A DNA stretch of 64,000 nucleotides from Callorhinchus milii (taxonomy: Eukaryota), in assembly GCF_018977255.1 (NCBI RefSeq), contig NW_024704771.1:4030001-4094000 (forward strand), given 5' to 3'. A model generated the notes under the pieces. That model searched no databases and was not told the origin of the DNA. It was given only the letters and a program-made list of their open reading frames with translations. A program made the position numbers and the translations under genes. Positions 50,804-63,139 of this stretch are shown one piece after another (within the stretch, counting starts at the first letter, position 1; every line of letters starts with the position of its first letter).

Positions 50804-53121
50804 TTACCGGCAGATTCTCAGCGGCTCCAAGTTTTCGCTGTCGTCATTCAAACCGGGATAGAAGAGAGGGTAAAGTTTCTCAGTGAAAGTGTGGGTGAAG
50901 GTGTAGAGGGGAGACACGTTATCAGCGTTGAAAAATGTCAGCCGTCCCCCCTCATAGTCCAGGTAAACCCTAATCTTCCCGGGTCTCACTGTCAGGGGCA
51001 GCTCTGGGGGAGGAAATGAAGTCAGAGCCCCGTAGACCCCGCTCCTGAGCCACACACCCCAGACCCCACCCTCCGGTGACCAGGTGATCGGTCCTTTCCT
51101 GTTGATGGACTCTCCGGCTAGTCCCACAAGCCACTCAGTCTTGTTGCCCACCTGCACCTCCCAGTAATGTCTCCCTGATGTGAAGCCCTCAGATCCCAGG
51201 ACAATCAGATATTTACCAAACCTCTTCGGGGTGTCAGGGAGCGGCTGCCGTTTGTCTCCGAGTCTCACGCTGGTCAGGTCCTCAGACAGGACGAGCCAGG
51301 GATGGGCTGTGTCAGGATCCAGAGTCAGAGAGACCGGAGCTGAGGAAGAGGAAACAGTGGATTAAAAGCGCTCACACAGCGCCACGGACTGGTGACTTAG
51401 AGATAATTCAAGGGTAAAGTGCCCTGGGCTGTTTAATTTGTTAGGATCCAGGTGAACGTCAGACTATTCACACACCTTCATTCTGAAAATGGGAGACGTT
51501 TACCTGGACTGTCGAGGTCTGTAATCTCTCTCCCAGTTGTGCACTGTGCAGGTTCTTTGTAGATCCCCACAGGAAGATCACCCTCAGGTAACGACAGCTG
51601 AATATCCTCCGCACCGATGCTAAAGTAAGAGACGTTCACATTATGAAGTGAAACTGCGCATTGCGTTTGGTTTGTGTTGTGAATTCTGGGAATATTTTTT
51701 GAAGAACGTTTCATACCTTCGCTTCCGAGCAGTTTCCTCCTAATGAAATAAAACACAAGACAGATCTGAGCTCAGACTGAGACACGAACGACATTGTAAA
51801 CTCAGATACACAGAGTAGAATTCTGCAGAACGGTTCACTGTAATTATTACAGGAACGTTCGTCACTCAGTGTCGTCTCCAAAGCCAGAAAGTTCAGATAG
51901 AGAGAAAGTATAAAGTGGTGTTTGTGTGTGTTCGTCGTCAGGGACACATGAGACCTGCGTACAGACACACACTCACGCTCAGTAAGTTACACCTACTGAC
52001 CTGTAGATACAGTAAGTAGAACTTTAATGGGATTATACTGTTCAGATATAGAACAACTATAAAGTGCCGTTTGCGTGCGATTATAGACGGGGACACACAG
52101 TGAGATCTGCTTACGTACAGACACACACACACACAGTACCTTCCAGATGCGCATCTGTAGTTACTGTACATTAGAACATTAACGGGATTACACTTTAATT
52201 AGAAGGTGAATGATTGTAACATTCTCCCACAGATAAATAAATGCTAAAGCTCAGGATCACCACAGCTAAAGTGTCCCCGGATGTTGGCACCTGTTTCTGC
52301 ACAATGAAATGTCGGATATACAATACATAAATTGCATTTGTCCCGCACCTTTCACGTCGGGAAGGCAAGGTGCTGAACAGTCAGGGATTTGGACCCGGGA
52401 TCGGTGTTGGGATTGGGGAAGGAGGAGGGGAGGAGGGTGGTCGAAGGCTCAGTCAAAAGAGGAGGGTTTCGAGCTCACGCGGTTCAAGTGAAAAATGCGA
52501 CCGAGAGTCCAGACATCAGCCCCCGAAACGACTTACGTTAACTTGTGAGACCTCTTGTTTCCGTTTCCCTTCAGCTTCTGGAGCGGTGGCCTCCCTCTGC
52601 GCGGGAGAAGCTGAGGCGGAGTTCACGCCTTCCTGGAACAAAATACAGAGAGGAAAATTGTTTGACTGCGACAATGTGAATTAATATCAATTAATCCCGT
52701 GGTGAGGGCTATTTTTTACCTTGTCGATTTCAACAGCTTTGTCACTGGCCAAGGAATTGTGATCTCTGTATTCCTGTGCATCTCTGCAGGGGTCACAGAT
52801 CAGTTTCTCTTCAATTTCGCACAGCAGCTTTGATTCTTCCCGGTGTTCCTCACAGTGACTTGTGATAACCGTCTCTTTCGAAGCCAGGCTCAAACCCTGA
52901 GCTTTCTTCGACAGATACGCCAGGGCCTTGAGGTTCCTTTCTGAGAAGGGCTCCTGACATACAGGGCAGGAGCTCGGCCCCTCTTTTTCGCAGCCCGGCG
53001 TGATGCGGGAGCGGCAGAGGCTGCGGCCGCACTTCGGGGTGGCGGGATCGGCAAAGAGCTGCGGACACACCGGACATTTTAACTCCTCGGTCTGACTGTC
53101 AGCCTGGCGTTGGGAAGCCAT
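50804..53121 (-). CDS. TRIM gene G: degenerate RING/B-box, 231-nt coiled-coil exon absent, intact B30.2, open frame (~390 aa)
   Basis: Exons 53121-52720, 52632-52537, 51739-51717, 51619-51504 and 51339-50804; all GT-AG, no stops. AATAAA on minus at 50746-50751. Confidence 0.8.
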
Positions 53122-53152
53122 TTCACCCTCAGCACTTCCTGATTCAAAACTG

Positions 53153-53164
53153 CTTTCACTTTCC
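53153..53164 (-). promoter_or_regulatory. ISRE/IRF-E element upstream of TRIM G
   Basis: GGAAAGTGAAAG on minus, ~32 bp before the ATG. Confidence 0.55.
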
Positions 53165-53360
53165 CTGTTTGCGATTATCAAATGAATGCGTCCTGAGCAC
53201 AACTGCAGAACACTTCAGGGACCAGTCACTGGGGTGCTGTGAGTCTTCCCTCTCAGCCCCTGATAACCCGCTGTGAGCCAAAGCCCCGATGGAGAAAGGT
53301 GGTCCTCTGGGCCGATTAAACCGATAAACCAGTTAACTCATGATGTAGGGCCCCCAAGCT

Positions 53361-53555
53361 ATCCAGAGTCAGAGAGGCCGGAGCTGAGGGAGAGAGAAAA
53401 ATAACACAGAGTGGAGTGAGGGGGTCACGGGAGGGGGGTGGGGGGGGGGTTGCAGGAGCGAGGGCGGCACTCGGGGCCGGTGTGTGAGCTGGTGGGCAGA
53501 GGGTTAGTTGCGGAATACAGGATAAACAGCACTGATGGTGTACCGCCGCCAGCGG
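53361..53555 (-). pseudogene. Isolated relic of a TRIM last intron plus the first codons of the B30.2 exon
   Basis: atccagagtcagagaggccggagctgag...aaacagcactgatggtgtaccgccgccagc, homologous to 19070-19260. Confidence 0.65.
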
Positions 53556-54452
53556 AGGTGACCGTTTTATTCAGTCAGCTGGACGTTCGACACTTGCGAA
53601 AACCCATCACCGTCCTTTAGAGTCTCCAAACCGAGTTGAGGATGCCACGCATTCCCCCTTACCCGTGGAAATGGTGCGCATAAAGATAGATTGTTGGAAT
53701 GGTGCGCCCACTGTCTCCCTGGAGGGACACATCCTGCTTACCTAATACCGGAAAGTATTTGGCTCAGGTCGGCAAGAGCCAAGGCTTGGCACGTCCTTCC
53801 GACGTGAAAGGCGCTTTACAAATGTCATTTTGTTGTTGTTGGAGGGACCCCCAGAGGGTGCACTCTGCAACCGCACAGCTTGCCATTGATATCGCTGTCC
53901 GGCAAGGCTTCTTGCAGCTAGGACTACCCAACCCATTAGGTCTCTGGATTGCAGGGTTGACAGAAGCTGGGATGTGGGATGATTCCCTGCTTTCCAGGGA
54001 CCGGTCTGCTTTTCCAGGCCCTTCCGGAGGCCGGGCCGTGCCCTGGAAAACTGCTAACCCGCCTGGCTCAGAAACCGAACCGGAGACCGTCATGCAAGGC
54101 TGGCTCAGTTACAGTAACAAGTAACAACCGCAAAGTGACATTTTCACGTCAGGAGGACGTCCCAAGGCGCTGAACGGTCAGGACCCGAGCGTGGACAGGG
54201 CAGGGTTGGGATGAGGGAGGGCAGAGAGGATGGAGAGTGGCTGAAGGCACGGTTGAAAAGGAGGGTCTGGATCGTGCTTGAAGGAGGCAAGGGAGGGAGC
54301 AAGGTGTCCCCCTCCCCTGTCTCCACACTCTCCCACATGCGCGCTGACCTGCTGCGGTCATTAAGTCCACGGACAACGAAACAGGGATTGAAAACGAGGC
54401 ACTTGTTGACTGCGATGTGTTAATCGTATCAATTCTGACTTATACGCAATTG

Positions 54453-54775
54453 TGGAGTGCAGTACCACAGTGGTTAGAGCGCTCGCCTCCAAGCGAGAGG
54501 ACCCGGGACCGATTCCCGGGCAGGACAAAATGTTGGGCAAGTTTCCTGAGAGCCTGCTGAGCGGAGGGAGCGGACAGGTGGACATGGTATTAGCAGGTCA
54601 CAGAGGTAGGGAGGAGCAAGGCTGTGGAGGGCTTTGAAGGCGAGGATGAGGATTTTGAACTCTATATGTTTTTCCCCCAAAATATACAGTCAATTCATTC
54701 TGTGAAGCGCTTTGAGACGTCTCGAAGACGTGATAAGGCGCAATATCAAATACAAGGATTATTATTATTATTATC
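54453..54775 (+). mobile_element. tRNA-derived SINE with an internal L2 fragment
   Basis: Head ggagtgcagtaccacagtggttagagcgctcgcctccaagcgagaggacccggg; (ATT)n tail at ~54760. Confidence 0.6.
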
Positions 54776-55141
54776 CTTTGGCGGATGGGGAGCCAGTGGA
54801 GCTGGACTAGAGCCTGAGAGTGGGTTGGTGGGTAACTACTGGTGTTTAACCAGTTACTACACCGTCTGGCAAGCTTCCCGCTGTTTGTCCAGCGAGGACC
54901 ACCCTTCCTCGTCAGGGCTGTGGCTCACAGAGGGTTGACAGGAGCTGAGAGGGAAGACCCCCAGCCCCCAGCGACTGGTCCCCAAAGCGTTCTGTAGTTC
55001 AGCTCAAGATGGACTGAGTTGATTAGTAAAGATTACAGTGTGGAGCTGAACAACAACTCTGACTGGTTATCAGGGAGGAGTCACTTCCTCACATAAAGGG
55101 GAAATGAAAGCAGTTTTGACTCAGGAAACGCTGAGGGTAAA

Positions 55142-57434
55142 ATGGCTTCTCAACACCAGACTCAGAGTCTGACCGAGGAGTTAATTTGTCCGGTTTGTCT
55201 GGAACTCTTTACTGATCCCGTTATCCTGGATTGTAGCCACAGCTTCTGCCGCTCCTGCATCACACGGTGCTGGGAAAAGCCGGGGCCGAGCTCCTGTCCT
55301 GTGTGTCAGGAGACTTTCCTGGAAAGGAATCTCAGGACCAATCGGGCCTTGGGGAATCTGTCAGAGAAAGCTCGGGAAATGAACCTGGACCCGAAAAAGA
55401 CAACAATTAAACATCGCTGTGAGAAACACCAGAAACAACTGAGGCTCTTCTGTGAAACTGACAAGAAGTTGATCTGTTCCATCTGCAGAGATGCACAGGA
55501 ACACAGAGATCACAGCTTCCTGCCCATTGACGAAGCTGTTGAAATCTACAAGGTAAGCAATAACCCCGACACGGGATTCATTCTCTTCCACTTTATATTT
55601 TCACATCCAAACACATTTCCTCTGTGTGTTTGTGTTTAATTCCAGGATAAAGTGAACTCCTCCTTAGATTCTCTCACACAGAGTAATGCTGCGGCTCTGG
55701 AAGCTGAAGGGAAACAGAAAGAAAAGATTTCACAAGTGAAGGTAAGTTGTGTCGGGGCTGATGTCTGGGCTCTCAGTCGTGTGTCTCTCTTTACTGTGCG
55801 CAGTGTGATGTCTGACGCTTCATTTTGCAGGAACAGGCGGACAATCTGCAGAACCACATCACGGCTGAGTTTGCCAAAATGCACCAGAGCCTCACTGACA
55901 GAGAGCAGCGTGAAATCCGAGAGCTCAGACAGCGAGAGGAGGAGGTTTTACACCGAATGGAGAAAAACCTGCGAGAGATTCGGGGCAAATTAGACTCTGA
56001 TCAGGAAAAGCTCTCAGAGTTACAGAAACAGATGGAAAAAGATGCTCTCACCTTTCTGCAGGTAAAGAGGTGAAATTATAATTTAGTTCAGCAAAGGTTC
56101 AGAATCTGGAGCAGAAAGTCACAGTCTTGACTGTTAAACAGCGCAGTGATTTTATTGATTATTTGGTATAATCTGATAAGAGACTTTGCTGCTGTGGAAT
56201 TCTATTCTGTGTATCTGAGTTTACAATGTGGTGTCTCAGTGTGAGCTCAGATCTGTCTGTGTTTTATTTCATTAGGAGGAAACTGCTCGGAAGAGAAGGT
56301 ATGAAATGTTCTTCACAAAATATCCCCAGAATTTACTGCACAAACCAAACACAATGTGCAGTTTAACTTTATAATGTGAACGTCCCTTATTTCAGGATCA
56401 GTGATGAGGGTTATACACTGTCACTATCTGAGGGGGATCTGCCGGTGGGGATATACAAAGGGCCTCTACAGTACACAGTCTGGAGAGACATGAGACACAG
56501 CATCAGCCCAGGTACATGGCTCCCATTCTCAGACTGAAGGTGTGTGAGTATCTGACAGTCACCTGATCCTCACAAACTAAACATTGTTGGTGATGAGATG
56601 TCACTGAGGGACACAGCGCAGAGCTCTGTACTCTTGTAGTTACCGCGTTACCGTCAGTAGGAGGCGCTGTGTGAGCGTTTTCACCGATATTGACCCGTCA
56701 CACTGACCCCAGCGCCCGCTGCTGGCGACGGGACACCATCAGTGCTGTTCAGCAACTGACCCTCTGACCACCAGCTCACACACCGCCCCCTAGTGCCCGC
56801 CCTCGCTCCTGATGCCCCCCTTCTCCGTCACCCCCTCACTCCACTCTGTGTTATTTCTCTCTCAGCTCCGGCCGCTCTGACTCTGGATCCAGACACAGCC
56901 CATCCCCGGCTCATCCTGTCTGAGGACCTGACCAGCGTGAGAGACGGAGACAAACAGCAGCCGCTCCCTGACTCCCCGAAGAGGTTCAGTTACTATCTCA
57001 TCGTCCTGGGATCTGAGGGCTTCACATCAGGGAGACATTACTGGGAGGTGCAGGTGGGCAACAAGACTGCGTGGACTGTGGGAGTGACCAGAGAGTCTGT
57101 CAACAGGAAACAACCAATCACGTGGTCACCAGAGGGTGGGGTCTGGGGGGTGGGTCTGGGGGGTGGGGTCCATGTGGCTCTGACCTCCCCTCCCACCCCC
57201 CTGCCCCTGACAGTGAGACCCGGGAAGATCGGGATTTTCCTGGACTATGAGGGGGGACAGGTGTCATTTTACAACGCTGACAACATGTCCCATCTCCACA
57301 CTTTCACCCACACTTTCACTGAGAAGCTTTACCCTCTCTTCTGTCCTTCAGGTCCTCTATTTTTTACGTATACAAGTGATTTGTGTTTCTCTGACGGTAA
57401 CAACTCGGAGCCGCTGAGAATCTGCCGGTTTTAA
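55142..57434 (+). CDS. TRIM gene H, intact RING-Bbox-CC-B30.2 (~481 aa; 11-aa insertion near the C-terminus)
   Basis: Exons 55142-55552, 55646-55741, 55831-56061, 56276-56298, 56396-56511 and 56866-57434; AATAAA at 57985-57990. Confidence 0.93.
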
Positions 57435-58051
57435 CACATTAACAGCGACGTGGTTTTATCTCAGTTTCCACGCGATCCACTGTGTTGCTTTAGGGAATAC
57501 GCGGTGGAGGGGGGAATTACAGGAGAAGATGCCGAGCTCTGTGGGTCCACAGACCTCCTGGAGACGGACACAGCGAGTTTCTGTTGGTTTTGTTGTGATC
57601 ATAACTGAAATTGTACATATATGTTAACCCATGTCGTCAAACGGATTATTTTGATCAATGGTTGGAAATGCTCAATGCTGAATAGACGCCCTTTTGATGA
57701 ATGGTTAAAAATGATGATATAACCAGAAAAATGTCAAGATGATTGTTTGTGGTTCTTGAAGACGTTTGCCCACAACAAATCCATTCATGGTTGTGTTAAC
57801 GATGAGGCAGTTGAAGAGGTTTTCCCAGAACAAATTCATGTTTTAATCATTGTTACGTTAAAGTGTTCTCCTTTTCGTCTGCAGCGAGATTTTTGCTCTT
57901 TGTGACTTGACCAATTCCCTTTGATAGACGTTTGTTTCTGCTGTTGACCTGCTGCTGTCTGTTGTATTTGTGATACTTTGAACTAATAAACTTTGTATTT
58001 CATATTAAGTATAGTTTCATGTTAAGTTTCATATTAAGTTGATATTAAAGT

Positions 58052-58358
58052 GGAGTCCTGTAGCTCAGTGGTTAGAGCGAGACACCCGGGTTCAATTCCA
58101 GACAGAGGGCGAAACCTCGGGCAAGTTTCCTTACTCCACACAGAGCCTACTATTAATCCCTCCAAAAAAAAATAATAAGTTGTTCATTTTGAACCCACAA
58201 CTGTTTGTGGGACGCTGCTGTGCGCAATCGGCTGCCGCGCTTTGTCCAGAAAAAAAAAATGGTCATTTCGCTTTGCAGTCTATTCTGTGAAGCGCTTTGA
58301 GATGTCTCGAAGACGTGATAAGGCGCAATATCAAATACAAGGATTATTATTATTATCC
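58052..58358 (+). mobile_element. tRNA-derived SINE (anticodon arm deleted)
   Basis: ggagtcctgtagctcagtggttagagcgagacacccgggttcaattcc...ggcaagtttccttactcca...(ATT)n. Confidence 0.7.
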
Positions 58359-58519
58359 TCTGGGGGATGGGGAGCCAGTGGAGCTGGGCAAGAGCCCCAG
58401 GTTTTTATTGGTGGTTAACTGCTAGTGTTTAACCAGTTACTACACCGTCTGGCAAGCTTCCCACTGGTTGTCCAACGAGGACCACCCTTCCCAGTCAGGC
58501 TGTGGCTCACAGAGGGTTA

Positions 58520-59050
58520 ACAACAGCAACAAAATTACATCAGTGAAGCGCCTTTCACATTGGGAGGAGTTTGGGACCCGAAATGGGGGTGAGGGTCGGG
58601 GGAGTGTGGAGGGCAGGGGGAGGGGAAGCAGGGAGATCGAAAGCACGGTCGAAGAGGAAGGTCTCGAGATGGGTCTTGAAGGTGTTGAGGGAGGGAGCAA
58701 GCCAGAGGGACTGCAGGATGGAGTTCCAGAGGGTGGGGGCAGAGTGGCAGATGGTCCAGCCACCAACAGTGGGGTGAGCGAGGCGGGGAAGTGAATAAGG
58801 CCGGAGCCCGCTGAGCGGAGTGAGCGAGCAGCCGACAAGCAGTGAGATTGCATAGTTGAGCCTGGATGTAATGAAGGCGTGTATGAGGGTTTTGGCGGCC
58901 TGCGGAGTGAGACGGTGGCGGAGCCGGGCGATGTTGCGGAGGTGAGGAAGGCAGAGCGGGTCATGGCTCAGATATGGGGTAGAAAGGATAGTTGAGGATC
59001 AAACAAGACACCAAGTTTCCGGACTGGCTCAGCAAGGTGGAGTGTGCAAC
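58520..59050 (-). mobile_element. L2-clade LINE fragment inserted in the repeat upstream of TRIM I
   Basis: (CAA) tail and gcgcctttcacattgggagg; L2 ORF2-like sequence; the interrupted repeat resumes at ~59053. Confidence 0.75.
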
Positions 59051-59210
59051 CGTGAGCTGAGAGGGAGGACCCCCAGCCCCCGGCGACTGGTCCCTAAAGA
59101 GTTGTGTAGTTTGGCTCAGGATGGACTGAGTTGATCAGTAAAGATTACAGAGCGGAGCTGAACAGCAACTCTGACTGGTTATCAGGGAGGAGTCACCTCC
59201 TCACAAACAG

Positions 59211-59222
59211 GGAAACTGAAAG
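59211..59222 (+). promoter_or_regulatory. ISRE-like element upstream of TRIM I
   Basis: GGAAACTGAAAG ~32 bp before the ATG at 59254. Confidence 0.55.
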
Positions 59223-59253
59223 CAGTTTTGAATCAGGAAACGCTGAGGGTGAA

Positions 59254-62200
59254 ATGGCTTCTCAACACCAGACTGACTGTCTGACCGAGGAGTTAAAATG
59301 TTCGGTTTGTCTGGAACTCTTTACCGACCCGGTCACCCTGGATTGTGGCCACAACTTTTGCCGCTCCTGTATCTCCCAGAGCTGGGAAAACAGGGAGAGC
59401 AAAGCCTGTCCCGAATGCAGAACAGTCTTTGCTAACAGTAACATGAGGGGCAACTGGGCCCTGGCGAGGCTGGCGGAGAAAGCTCGACGGCTCAACATTT
59501 CCCCGGTGAAGACAGAAAGAAAACTTCACTGTGAGGAGCATCAGGAGGAACTGAAGCTGTTCTGTGAAACAGACAAGAAACTGATGTGTGTGATTTGCAG
59601 AGACGCCCGAGAACACAGAACCCACAGCTTCATCCCCGTAGCGGAGGCTGTTCAGATCTATAAGGTAAAAGGTACCAGACAGTCAATCGGGCGCAGTCTG
59701 ATCCAATTCTCTGTTTCGTTAATCAAGATTTTTCTCACAGTTTCTATTTAATTCCAGGATAAAGTGAACTCCTTCTTAGACTCTCTCACACAGAGGAAGG
59801 CCGCGGCTCTGGAAGCTGAAGGGAAACAGAAAGAAAAGATTTCACAAGTTAAGGTAAGTTGTGTCGGGGCTGATGTCTGGGCTCTCAGTCGTGTTTCTCT
59901 CTTTACTGTGCGCAGTGTGATGGCTGATGGTTCATTTTGCAGGAACAGGCGGACATTCTGCAGAACCACATCACGGCTGAGTTTGCTAAAATGCACCAGA
60001 GCCTCACTGACAGAGAGCAGCGTGAAATCCGAGAGCTCAGACAGCGAGAGGAGGAGGTTTTACACCGAATGGAGAAAAATCTGCGACAGATTCAGAGCAA
60101 ATTAGATTCTGTTCAGCAAAAGCTCTCAGAGTTACAGAAACAGATGGAAAAAGACGCTCTCACCTTTCTGCAGGTAAAGAGATGAAATTATATTGACATT
60201 CTGTTCATCTGCGACCAGGACTTCCTCTGTCTCCTCATCCTCTCTGCTGCCTTCAACACCGTCGACCCCTCTGTCTTCAGCCACCGCCTCTCCTCTCACC
60301 GCAACCTTCACGGCGCTCCTTGATTGGTTCCGATTGTACCTCTCACACCGTCTCCACTTCATCTCCACAAACGGCTTCTCCTCTATAGCCTCCGCACCAT
60401 CTCATGTGGCGTTCCTCAGAGCTCTGTCCTTCGTCCCCTCCTGTTCAATATCTATATGCTCCCTCTTGGGTGACATCATCCGCAGACGGGGGATCTACTT
60501 CCACACGTATGCGGATGACACCCACTGTAACTCTCTGCTTCCACCTTCGACTCCAGATCCACTGCTGTCCTGACAGAATGTCTGTCGGACATCAAGTCCT
60601 GGATCAGAGCTAATATTCTTCAGTTAAACATCAACAAGACCGAGGCCTCCTGATTGGCCCCCGTCTGCGCCTCCTCACCTCAGGCATCAGCAGAATCATC
60701 ATCCATGGTTGCGCACTCCACCTTACTAACCCAGTCCAGAAAATTGGCGTCTTGTTTGACCCTCAACTATTGTTTCTAAACCAAATCTGCGCCATGACCC
60801 GCTCTGCCTTCCCCCACCTCCGCACCATCACCCGGCTCCACCACTGTCTCACACCGTAGGCCGCCGAAACCCCCATACACACGTTCAGCTCGTCAGCCTC
60901 CCCAACTACTCCCTCCTTAGGCTGCAGATCATCCAGAACTCTGCAGACCGCCTTCTCTCCCACACTTGGCTCCGTGACCCTATCACACCCATCCTCACCC
61001 GACTCCACTGGCTTCCCATCACACAGAGGATACAGTTTAAGATCCTGGACCTCACCTAAAGGCCCTCCATGGCCGCGCTCCCCACAAGCTCTGCAAACTC
61101 CTAACCCGCTACCATCCTGATCGCTCCCTCCGCTCAGCGGGCTCCAGGCTGCCTCACGTCCCCCGCCCTGCTCGTCCCACTATTGGCTGGCGGGCACTCT
61201 GCCACTCTGTCCACGCCCTCTGGAACTCCACCCCGCAGTCCACCCGCCGTGCCCCCTCCCTTGCCTGCTTGAAGACTCATCTCCGGACCCTCCTCCCTGA
61301 CCATGCGTTTGATCACCCACTTCTCCCCGAGCCCTCCAACCGCCCCGATCCCGACTCCCAGCTCGGGTCCGAAACTCTGACTGTCCAGCGCCTTGGGACA
61401 TCCTCCCGATGTGAAAGGCGCTTTACAAATGTAATTTTGTTGTTGTATAATTTAGTTCAGTAAAAGGTACACACAGTCTGTCGCAGAAAGTCAGATTCTG
61501 ACTGTTAAACAGCCCAGTGATTTTATTGATTATTTGGTATAATCTGATAGAGACTTTGCTGCTGTAGAATCCTATAATGTGTATCTGAGTTTACAATGTG
61601 GTGTCTCAGTGTGAGCTCAGATCTGTCTGTGTTTTATTTCATTAGGAGGAAACTGCTCGGAAGAGAAGGTATGAAATGTTCTTTACAAAATATCCCCAGA
61701 ATTTACTGCACAAACCAAACACAATGTGTAGTTTTACTTTATAATGTGAACGTCTCTTATTTCAGGATCAGTGATGAGGGTTATACACTGTCACTATCTG
61801 AGGGGGATCTGCCTGTGGGGATGTTTGAATGGCTTATACAGTACACAGTCTGGAGAGACATGAGACACAGCATCAGCCCAGGTACATGGCTCCTATTCTC
61901 AGACTGAAGGTGTGTGAGTATCTGACAGTCACCTGATCCTCACAAACTAAACAGTGTTGGTGATGAGATGTCACTGAGGGACACAGCGCAGAGCTCTGTA
62001 CTCTTGTAGTTACCGCGTTACCGTCAGTAGGAGGCGCTGTGTGAGCGTTTTCACCGATATTGACCCGTCACACTGACCCCAGCGCCCGCTGCTGGCGACG
62101 GGACACCATCAGTGCTGTTCAGCAACTGACCCTCTGACCACCAGCTCACACACCGCCCCCTAGTGCCCGCCCTCGCTCCTGCTGCCCCCCTTCTCCGTCA

Positions 62201-62771
62201 CCCCCTCACTCCACTCTGTGTTATTTCTCTCTCAGCTCCGGCCGCTCTGACTCTGGATCCTGACACAGCCAATCCCTGGCTCATCCTGTCTGAGGACCTG
62301 ACCAGCGTGAGATACGGAGACGAATGGCAGCCGCTCCCTGACACCCCGAAGAGGTTTAGTAAATCTCTCAGTGTCCTGGGATCTGAGGGCTTCACATCAG
62401 GGAGACATTACTGGGAGGTGCAGGTGGGCAACAAGACTGCGTGGATTGTGGGAGTGGCCACAGAGTCTGTCAACAGGAAACAACCAATCACTTGGTCACC
62501 AGCGGGTGGGGTCTGGGGTGTGGGGATGGGTGGTGGGGTCCATGTGGCTCTGACCTCACCCCCCACCCTCCTGCCCCTGACAGTGAGACCCGGGAAGGTC
62601 GGGGTTTTCCTGGACTATGAGGGGGGACAGGTGTCATTTTACAACGCTGACAACATGTTCCTTCTCCACACTTTCACCCACACTTTCACTGAGAAGCTTT
62701 ATCCTCTCCTCAGTCCCCACCAGAGCGATGGCGGGAAAAACTCTGAGCCGCTGAGAATCTGCCGATTATAG
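59254..62771 (+). CDS. TRIM gene I, intact RING-Bbox-CC-B30.2 (~470 aa)
   Basis: Exons 59254-59664, 59758-59853, 59943-60173, 61646-61668, 61766-61881 and 62236-62771; all GT-AG, in frame. Confidence 0.93.
60193..61445 (+). mobile_element. 5'-truncated, decayed L2-clade LINE in intron 3 of TRIM I
   Basis: RT motif FHTYADDT; L2 tail with (TTG)n; flanked by TATA duplication. The empty site gaaattataatttag is seen in gene H. Confidence 0.88.
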
Positions 62772-63139
62772 CACATTAACAGTGACGTGGTTTTACTTCA
62801 GTTTCCGTGTGGTTCACTGTCTGCCGTTTAAGGGGATACGGGGTGGGAGCGGGCGATGTGGGGGTGGGGGGGGATTACGGGAGAAGATAGACGTTTGTTT
62901 CCGCTGTTGACCTTTCTGTTGTATTTGGGATCTTTTGAACTAACAAAACTTTGCATTTCATGTTAAGTAATGTAATTTTCAAACAGAAATTGCTGAGTGT
63001 CTTTGGTTCCTCTGTTCACGGCTCCTTATTCAAAGGAAGGCTATAAAGAATAAGATGGTCTTATTCTGCTCATTGCGCAGAACCCAACAGTTTGTGACTG
63101 GATTCAACCCAATGTAATAATTGCTTCAAATAAAATAAA

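Noticed and set aside
59131-59253. In-frame N-terminal extension of TRIM I (and 53122-53202 in G)
   Set aside because: Begins at non-ATG codons, and a 1-nt indel in the homologous H leader breaks the frame; treated as promoter or 5' UTR.
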